Origin: Octopus bimaculoides
Lineage: Eukaryota
Direction of reading: 5' to 3'
NCBI RefSeq assembly: GCF_001194135.2
Contig: NC_069002.1
Coordinates: 34,309,974 to 34,373,973 of the forward strand
Length of the DNA stretch: 64,000 nucleotides
Made by a program: the position numbers and the translations under genes. The notes below the pieces were generated by a model. It did not search any database, was not told the DNA's origin, and was given only the letters and a program-made list of their open reading frames with translations. Position 1 is the stretch's first letter; each line of letters opens with the position of its first letter. This document shows positions 54,301-64,000 of this stretch, in pieces.

Positions 54301-57300
54301 GCATTCGTAAGTACGTAAGTAATTTTGTTCGTACGTACGCATATTCATTCGTTCTTTTTTTCGTTCAATCTTTCGTTCTTTCTTTCGTTCGTACGTAATG
54401 ACGTACGTGCATAGTTACGTGCGTTCGTAAGTTCGTTCTTTCGTTCGTACATACGAAAGTACGTTCGGTCGTTCGTTCGTTCGTTTGTTCCTACGTACAT
54501 ACGTACGTTTGTTCGTTCGATCATTCGTTCGTATGTTCCTTCGTATGTACGTCATTATGTACCTATTCACCTACATACGTACGTTCGCTCGTTCTTTCAT
54601 ACGCACTTATCTACGTGCGTACGTTCGTTCGTTCGCTAGTTCATTCGTTCGTTTGTTCGTTCGTATGTACGTACGTACGTACGTAACATCGTTCGTTCGT
54701 ACGCACATACTAACGTACGTTCGTCCTTTCGTTCGTTCCTTCGATCGTTCGGTCGTTCGTTCGTATGTTCGTACGTACTTACGTTCGTTCGTTCAATCGT
54801 TCATTCATTCGTTCGTTCGTTCGTTCTTTTGTTCGTTCATTCATTCGTTCTTTCTTTCGTTCGTACGTACATACGTTTGTACGATCGTTCGATTGTTCGT
54901 ACGTAATTACTTTCGTACTTACGTACGTACATACCTACGTTCGTTTTTTCGTTCGTACGTTCGTTCATTGTGCATTCGTACGTACGTACGTTCGTTTGTA
55001 CGTACGGGCGCACTTTCATTCGTTCGTTCTATCGTTCGTTCATACGAAGGTACGTTCGTACGTTCGTNNNNNNNNNNNNNNNNNNNNNNNNNNNNNNNNN
55101 NNNNNNNNNNNNNNNNNNNNNNNNNNNNNNNNNNNNNNNNNNNNNNNNNNNNNNNNNNNNNNNNNNNNNNNNNNNNNNNNNNNNNNNNNNNNNNNNNNNN
55201 NNNNNNNNNNNNNNNNNNNNNNNNNNNNNNNNNNNNNNNNNNNNNNNNNNNNNNNNNNNNNNNNNNNNNNNNNNNNNNNNNNNNNNNNNNNNNNNNNNNN
55301 NNNNNNNNNNNNNNNNNNNNNNNNNNNNNNNNNNNNNNNNNNNNNNNNNNNNNNNNNNNNNNNNNNNNNNNNNNNNNNNNNNNNNNNNNNNNNNNNNNNN
55401 NNNNNNNNNNNNNNNNNNNNNNNNNNNNNNNNNNNNNNNNNNNNNNNNNNNNNNNNNNNNNNNNNNNNNNNNNNNNNNNNNNNNNNNNNNNNNNNNNNNN
55501 NNNNNNNNNNNNNNNNNNNNNNNNNNNNNNNNNNNNNNNNNNNNNNNNNNNNNNNNNNNNNNNNNNNNNNNNNNNNNNNNNNNNNNNNNNNNNNNNNNNN
55601 NNNNNNNNNNNNNNNNNNNNNNNNNNNNNNNNNNNNNNNNNNNNNNNNNNNNNNNNNNNNNNNNNNNNNNNNNNNNNNNNNNNNNNNNNNNNNNNNNNNN
55701 NNNNNNNNNNNNNNNNNNNNNNNNNNNNNNNNNNNNNNNNNNNNNNNNNNNNNNNNNNNNNNNNNNNNNNNNNNNNNNNNNNNNNNNNNNNNNNNNNNNN
55801 NNNNNNNNNNNNNNNNNNNNNNNNNNNNNNNNNNNNNNNNNNNNNNNNNNNNNNNNNNNNNNNNNNNNNNNNNNNNNNNNNNNNNNNNNNNNNNNNNNNN
55901 NNNNNNNNNNNNNNNNNNNNNNNNNNNNNNNNNNNNNNNNNNNNNNNNNNNNNNNNNNNNNNNNNNNNNNNNNNNNNNNNNNNNNNNNNNNNNNNNNNNN
56001 NNNNNNNNNNNNNNNNNNTCGATTGTTCGTACGTAATTACTTTCGTACTTACGTACGTACATACCTACGTTCGTTTTTTCGTTCGTACGTTCGTTCATTG
56101 TGCATTCGTACGTACGTAAGTACGTTTGTTCGTTAGTTCGTACGTATGCATATTCATTCGTTCTTTTGTTCGTTCAATCGTTCGTTCTTTCTTTCGTTCG
56201 TACGTAATTACGTACGTACATAGGTACATGCGTTCGTTCGTTCATTCGGAAGTACGTTATTTCTTTCGTTCTTTCGTTCATTCATACGTACACACGTTCG
56301 TTCTTTCGTTCGTACATACGAAAGTACGTTCGGTCGTTCGTTCGTTCGTTCGTTTGTTCGTTCATTCGTTGCTACGTACATACGTACGTTTGTTCGTTCG
56401 ATCATCCGTTCGTTAGTTCGATCGTACGTACGTACGTTCTTTAGTAATACGTACGTACATACGTTCGTTCGTACCTTCGTACGTACGTAGGTACATATGT
56501 TACTTTCGTCCGTTCGTTCGTTAGTTCTTTCGTTAGTTTATTCTTTAGTTATTTCGTTCGTTTGTACTTACGTACGTATGTAGGTTCGTATGTTCATTCG
56601 TATGTACGTACTTAGGTACCTATTCACGTACATACGTTCGTACGTACATTCGTTCGTTCAATCGTGCATTCGTTCGTTCGTTCGTTCGTACGTACGTTCG
56701 TTCGTTTTTTCGTTCTTTTGTTCGTTCATTTATTCATTCGTATGTATATACGTTCATACGTTCGTTCGTTGTAGCGTTCATTTATTCGTAAGTACGTACG
56801 TACGTTCGTTCTTTCATTCGTACGTACGAAATACGTTCTGTCGTTCGTTCGTTCGTTCAGTCGGTCATTCGTACGTACGTTCGTTCTTTCGTTCGTTCAT
56901 TCGTTCGTACTTACGTACGTTCTTTCGTTCATTGTGCATTCGTACGTACGTAAGTACGTTTGTTCGTTAGTTCGTACGTATGCATATTCATTCGTTCTTT
57001 TGTTCGTTCAATCGTTCGTTCTTTCTTTCGTTCGTACGTAATTACGTACGTATATAGGTACATCCGTTCGTTCGTTCATTCGGAAGTACGTTATTTCTTT
57101 CGTTCTTTCGTTCATTCATACGTACGCTCGTTCGTTCTTTCGTTCGTACATACGAAAGTACGTTCGGTCGTTCGTTCGTTCGTTCGTTTGTTCGTTCAAT
57201 CGTTGCTACGTACATACGTACGTTTGTTCGTTCGATCATCCGTTCGTTAGTTCGATCGTACGTACGTACGTTCTTTAGTAATACGTACGTACATACGTTC

Positions 57301-60300
57301 GTTCGTACGTTCGTACGTACGTAGGTACATATGTTACTTTCGTCCATTCGTTCGTTAGTTCTTTCGTTGGTTTATTCTTTAGTTATTTCGTTCGTTTGTA
57401 CTTACGTACGTATGTACGTTCGTATGTTCATTCGTATGGACGTACTTAGGTACCTATTCACGTACATAAGTACGTGCGTACATTCGTTCCTTCGTTAGTT
57501 TTATCGTTCGTTTGTTCCTTCGTCCGTCCGTTCGTTCGTTCGTACGTACGTTCTTTAGTAATACGTATGCACATACGTCCGTACATATGTTCGTTCCTAC
57601 GTTCATTTGTACGAATGTACGTACGATCGTTCGTTCGTACGTGCGTACGTTCGTTCGTTCAATCGTTCATTCATTCGTTCGTTCGTTCGATCTTTTGTTC
57701 GTTCATTCGTTCGTACGTACATACGTTCGTACGTTCGTTTGATCGTTGGTTGTTTCGTTCGTACCTACTTACGTACGTACATACGTTCGTTCGTTTGTAA
57801 GTTCGTCCGTTCGTTCGTTCGTTCGTTCGTTCGTACGTACTTCGTTCTTTTGTCCGTACGTACGAAAGTACTTTCGTTCGTTCGTTCGGTCGTTCGTACA
57901 TTTGTTCCTACTTACGTACGTGCGTACGTACGTACGTTCGTTTGTTCGTTCATTGTGCATTCGTACGTACGTACGTTCGCACTTTCATTCGTGTGTTCTT
58001 TTGTTCGTTTATTCGTTTGTTCTTTCGGTCGTACGAAGATACGTTCATTCGTTCCTTTGTACATACGCACGTATGTACGTACGTTCGTTCGTATGTTCGT
58101 ACGTATGTTCGTTGTTTCACTCGTTCATTCTTTCGTTCTTTCTTTCTTTGAATCGTACGTAGGTTCGAACGTCCCTCCTTTCGTTCGTTCGATAAATCGT
58201 TCGTACATACGTACGTACGTACGTACGTATGTTCGTTTGTACGTACGTACTCACGTACGTGCGTACGTGTGTGCGTTCGTACGTACGTACTCACGTGTGT
58301 GCGTACGTACGTACGTACTCACGTGTGTGCGTACTTACGTACGTACTCACGTGTGTGCGTACTTACGTACGTACTCACGTGTGTGCGTACTTACGTACGT
58401 ACTCACGTGTGTGCGTACTTACGTACGTACTCACGTGTGTGCGTACTTACGTACGTACTCACGTGTGTGCGTACTTACGTACGTACTCACGTGTGTGCGT
58501 ACTTACGTACGTACTCACGTGTGTGCGTACTTACGTACGTACGTACTCACGTGTGTGCGTACTTACGTACGTACGTACTCACGTACGTACGTACTCACGT
58601 GTGTGCGTACTTACGTACGTACTAACGTATGTGCGTACGTACGTACGTACGTACATTCGTTCATTCGCTCGTTCGTTCGTTCGTATGTACGTACGTAAGA
58701 GCGTCCGTTCGTCCGTGCATACTTGTATACGTTCGTCCTTTCGTTCGTTCCTTCCTTCGATCGTTCGAACGTTCGTACATACTTACGTACATACGTTCGT
58801 TTGTTCATTCGTTCATATGAACGTACGCACAAACATACGTTCGTTTGTTCTTTGGTTCGTTCATTTGCTCGTTCTTACGTACGTACGTTCGTTCGTACGT
58901 ACGTATGTACGTACATAAGTATGTACGTACGTACGTTCGTTCGTTCCATCGATAGATTTTTCGTTTACTCGTCTTTTCGTTAGTTCGTTCCTTCCTTCCT
59001 TCCTACGTACATACGGACGGTTGTTCTTTCGATCACTCGTTCGACCTTTCGTTCGTTCGTACGTACGTACGTTCTTTCGTAATACGTATGTACATACGTT
59101 CGATCGTTTGTACGTACGAACGTACGTAACTTCTTTCGTTCAATCTTTCATTCTTTCGTTCGTTCCTACGTACGTACGTTCATTCCTTCGTCCGTCCGTT
59201 CCTTCGTTCGTACGTTCTTTCGTAATACGTATGTACATACGTTCTTTCGTACGTTCTTTTGTACGAACGTTCGTTCGTTTGTTCGTTCATTTATTCATTC
59301 GTTCTTTCTTTTGTTTATATTTACAAACGACCGTACGTTCGTTCGGTCGTCCGTTCGTTCGTTCGTACATACATACATACGAGGTACATACGTTCGTACG
59401 TTCGTTCTGGCGTTCGTTCATTCGTTCGTACTTACGTCATTGTGCATTCGTACATACGTACGTACGTTTGTTCGTTAGTTAGTTCGTTCGTACGTACGCG
59501 CTTTCATTCGTTCTTTTGTTCGTTCAATCGTTCATTCTTTCTTTGGTTCGTACGTAATTACGTACGTACATAGGTACGTGCGTTCATAAGTTCGTTCGTT
59601 CATTCGGAAGTGCGTTCGTTCTTTCGTTCGTACATACGAAAGTACGTATGTTCGTTCGTTCCTACGTACATACGTACGTTTGTTCGTTCGATCATTCGTT
59701 CATTCGTTCGTTCTTTCATTCGTACGTACATACGTTCGTACGTTCATTCGATCGTTGGTTCGTTCGATCGTTCGTTCGTACGTACATACGTACTTCGTTC
59801 GTTCGTCCATACGTAGTTCGTTCGTTCGGAAGTACGTTCTCTCTTTCGTTCGATCATTCGTACGTACGTACGTACGTTCTCTCTTTCGTTCGATCATTCG
59901 TACGTACGTACGTACGTTCTTTCGGTTGTTCGTTCGGTGGTTCGTTCATTCGTTCCTACTTACGTACGTCCGTGCGTGCGTACGTACGTTCGTTTGTTCG
60001 TTCATTGTGCATTCGTACGTACGTACATTCGTTCGTTCGCTCGTTCATACGCACGTATCTACGCGCGTTCGTTCGTTCGTTGGTATGTACGTACGTACGT
60101 AACATCGTTCGTTCGTAAGTACATACTAACGTACGTTCGTCCTTTCCTTCGATCGTTCGGTCGTTCGTTCGAATGAAGGTACGAACGTACGTACGTACGA
60201 ATGCACAATGAACGAACAAACGAACGAACGAATGCATGATTGAACGAACGAATGTACGTACATACGAACAAACGTACGTACTTTCGTACAAACGAACGTA

Positions 60301-63300
60301 CGAACGAACGTATGAACGTACGTACGTACGTACGTATTACGAAAGAACGTACGTACGAACGAACGAACGGACGAAGAAATGAACGTACGTATGTAGGAAC
60401 GAACGAAAGAATGAACGATTGAACGAAAGAAGATACGTACGTACGTACGAACGTACAAACGTACGTGCTTTCGTACGAACGAACGTTATGTACGTACGTA
60501 TTACGAAAGAACGTACGAACGAACGAACGAACGGTCGAACGAACAAAGGTACGTATGTACGTAGGAAGGAAGGAACGAACGAACTAACGAAAAAACGAGT
60601 GAACGAAAAATTTGTCGATGGAATGAACGAACGTATGTACGTACATACTTATGTACGTACGTACGAACGACCGACCGAACGAACGTACGTACGTACGTAA
60701 GAACGAGCGAATGAACGAACGTACGTTTGTGCGTACGTTCATATGTGCTGATGAACGAACGAACGAACGTATGCACGTACATATGTACGAACGACCGAAC
60801 GATCGAAGGAAGGAACGAACGAAAGGACGAACGTACGCACGTATACACGTACGAACGAACGATCTTACGTCCGTACGCACTTATGAACGAACGAGCGAAT
60901 GGACTAGCGAACGAACGAACGTCCGTCCGTAGATAAATGCGTATGAACGGATGATCGAGCGAACGAATGTACGTACATACGAATGAACATACGAACGTAC
61001 ATACGTACGTACGAACGAACGAACTAACTAAAGACGAGAGAACGAAAGAACCTACGTACGTGCAAACGAACGAACGTATATACGTACGTACTTACGAGCG
61101 AAGGAACTCACGAACGAACGAACTGACGAAAGAAAAAACGTACTTACGTACGTACTTACGAAAGAACGAATGAACTAACGCACGTATATACGTACGTATG
61201 TACGAATGAACGAACGAACGGTCGAACGAACGAACGTAGGAACGTACGTTCGTACATATGAACGAACGAACTAACGAACGACATATGTACGTACGTACGA
61301 TGGACGAGAGAACGAAAGAACCTACGTACGTGCAAACGAACGAACGTATATACGTACGTACTTACGAGCGAAGGAACTCACGAACGAACGTACGTATGTA
61401 CAAAGGAACGAACGAACGTGCCTATGTACGTAAGTAAGTAGCTACGAACAAAAGAACGATGGTACGAACATATCTTCGTACGAACGAAAGAAAGAACGAA
61501 CGAATGAACGAACAAAAGAACGAACGAATGAAAGTGCGTACGTACGAACGTACAAACGAACGTACGTACGTACGAATGCACAATGAACGAAGAAACGAAC
61601 GTACGTACGTGCGCACGCACGTACGTAAGTAGGAACGAATGAACGAACCAACGAAAGAACAACCGAACGAAAGAACGAACGAAAGAAAGAAAGTATTTCC
61701 GACCGAACAAACGTACGTATTTACGAACGAACGAACGTACTATGTACGAACGAACGTACGTACGTACGTAAGTACGTACGAACGAACGTATGTACGTACG
61801 AACGAACGTATGTACGTACGAACGAACGTATGTACGTACGAATGAAAGAATGAACGAATGATTGAACGAAAAAAAGAACGAACGAACGAACGATTGAACG
61901 AAGGAACGTACATACGGACGTACGAACATACGACCGAACGAACGAATATACGTACGTATGTACGTGTTTAGGTACCTAAGTACGTACACGCGAATGAACA
62001 TACGGATGTAAGTACAAACGAACGAACGAACGAACTAACTAAAGAATGAACCAACGAAAGAACTAACGAAAGAACGGACGAAAGAAACATATGTACTTAC
62101 GTCCGTACTGACGAACGAACGAACGTATGTACGATCGAACGAACGAACGGACGAACGTACGTTCGTTCGTTCGTAAGTACGGACGTAAGTACATATGTTT
62201 CTTTCGTCCGTTCTTTCGTTAGTTCTTTCGTTGGTTCATTCTTTAGTTAGTTCGTTCGTTCGTTTGTAATTACGTTTATGTGTTCATTCGTATTTACGTA
62301 CTTAGGTACTTAATCACGTACATATGAAAGTACGTTCGGTCGATTGTTCGTTCATTCGTTCCTACGTACATACGTACGTTTGTTCGTTCGATCATTCGTT
62401 CGTTTGATCGTACGTACGTTCTTTCGTAATACGTACGTACATACGATCGTTCGTACGTTCGTTCGTACATACGTAAGTACGTACGTAATTACATATGTTT
62501 CTTTCGTCCGTTCGTTCGTTGGTTCATTATTTATGTACTTAGGTACTTATTCACGTACGTACGTAAGAACGAACAATCGTACGTACATTCGTACAAATGA
62601 ACGTAAGAACGAACATACGTACGGACGTATGTACATACGTATTACGAAAGAACGTACGTACGAACGAACGAACGGACGGACGAAGGAATGAACGGACGAA
62701 TGAACGTATGCACGAACGAATGATTGAACGAACAAACGTACGTACGTACGAACGTACGAAGGAACAACCAACGATCAAACTAACGAAGGAACGAAGTACG
62801 TACGTACGTACGTACGTATGTACGTGAATAGGAACCTAAGTTAGTACATACGAATGAACATACGAACGTACATACGTACGTAAGTACAAACGAACGAACT
62901 AACTAAAGAATGAACCAACGAAAGAACTAACGAACGAACGGACGAAAGAAACATATGTACTTACGTACGTACTTACGAACGAACGTACCAACGAACGTTC
63001 GAACGAACGTATGTACGTACGTTTTACGAAAGAACGTACGTACGTACGATCGAGCGAGCGAACGAATGATCGAACGAACAAACGTACGTATGTACGTAGG
63101 AACGAATGAACGAAAAACGAACGAACGAACTTTCTTATGAACTTTCGTATGTACGAACGAAAGAACGAACTTACGTATGAATGAACGAAAGAACGAAAGA
63201 AAGATCGTACTTCCGAATGAACGAACGAACGCACGTACCTATGTACGTACGTAATTACGTAGAGCGAAAGGAAGAACGAACGATTGAACGAACAAAAGAA

Positions 63301-64000
63301 CGAATGAATAGGCGTACGTACGAACTAACGAACAAACGTACTTACGTACGTACGAATGCACAATGAACGAAAGAATGTACGCACGTACGTAAGTACGAAC
63401 GAATGAACGAACGAACGAATGTACGTACGAACGAACGAATGCACGATTGAACGAACGAACGAACGTACGAACGTACTATGTACGTACGTATTACGAAAGA
63501 ACGTACGTACGAACGAACGGACGAAGGAATGAACGCACGTATGTAGGAACGAACGAAAGAATGAACGATTGAACGAAGGAAGATACGTACGTACGAACGT
63601 ACAAACGTACGTGCTTGCGTACGAACGAACGTATGTACGTACGTATTGCGAAAGAACGTATGTTTGTAGGAAGGAAGTTACGTATGTTTGTAGGAAGGAA
63701 GTTACGTATGTTTGTAGGAAGGAAGGAAGGAACGAACTAACGAAAGAACGAGTAAACGAAAAATCTATCGATGGAACGTATGTATGTACGTACATACGTA
63801 TGTACGTACATACGTATGTACGTACGTACGTACGAACGACCGTACGTACGTACGTGCGTGCGTAAGAACGAGCGAATGAAAGAACCAAAGAACAAACGAA
63901 CGTACGTTTGTGCGTACGTTCATATGTACTGATGAACGAACGAACGAATGTATGTACGTACGTATGTACGAACGATCGAAGGAAGGAACGAACGAAAGGA
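30318..64000. repeat. Giant complex CpG-rich satellite built from 4-nt words, with higher-order repeats and internal inversions; extends past the window end
   Basis: Continuous run of CGTT, CGTA, CATT, CATA, CTTT, CTTA, TGTT, TGTA, CGAT (or their reverse complements) with recurring landmark motifs CATTGTGCATTCG, GCACTTATCTACG, CATTCTTTAGTTAG, AGGTACCTA and GAATGAAAGTGCG. Confidence 0.97.
58290..58625 (+). repeat. Nested 28-bp minisatellite (CGTACTTACGTACGTACTCACGTGTGTG), about 11 copies
   Basis: CTCACGTGTGTG recurs at 58290, 58318, 58346, 58374, 58402, 58430, 58458, 58486, 58514, 58546 and 58594. Confidence 0.93.

Noticed and set aside
58290-58625. Regular 28-bp repeats resembling a CRISPR array
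   Set aside because: No unique spacers, no cas genes, eukaryotic context; it is a head-to-tail minisatellite.
30583-63888. Hundreds of long ORFs rich in RSFV, RTYV or NERT (up to several hundred residues)
   Set aside because: Expected translation of 4-nt-periodic DNA that rarely creates stops; the same peptides appear in all frames and on both strands; no domain content or splice context.
30318-64000. Telomeric repeat array
   Set aside because: No TTAGGG-type unit or consistent G-rich strand; polarity flips repeatedly. A telomerase-like or reverse-transcriptase origin of the words cannot be supported from sequence alone.

Overview
AT-rich, microsatellite-dense animal genomic DNA from a gapped (short-read style) assembly. 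The SINE families and repeat texture look cephalopod, probably Octopus; this is inferred from recognition, not from a database search. I find no supportable host protein-coding exon, and the supplied ORFs are almost all microsatellite, satellite or N-gap artefacts. The window has two halves. (1) 1-30.3 kb is intergenic or intronic DNA. It holds about nine tRNA-derived SINE copies from three families, a decayed pogo/Tigger transposase (13.3-14.45 kb, minus), a Penelope-like GIY-YIG endonuclease remnant followed by a degenerate hammerhead ribozyme (27.1-27.7 kb, minus), and a 5'-truncated CR1-type LINE (28.09-28.70 kb) whose 5' end abuts a ~97-bp inverted duplication. It also holds two inverted copies of a ~220-bp repeat carrying a minimal type I hammerhead ribozyme motif (3.69 kb and 15.49 kb). 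(2) 30,318 to beyond the window end is a >33-kb CpG-dense satellite written in 4-nt words (CGTT, CGTA, CATT, CTTT, TGTT and similar). It has higher-order units of ~0.83, ~2.7-2.9 and ~3.3 kb, about 19 strand-polarity switches mostly at self-complementary words, fold-back palindromes and nested 4n-bp expansions. The satellite architecture and the hammerhead-bearing repeats are the strongest candidates for undescribed biology. N gaps: 7654-7830, 8802-8878, 11848-12682, 14512-14567, 25901-26891, 28843-28871, 29783-29792, 33609-33618, 37191-37200, 39705-39804, 41533-41818, 55068-56018.
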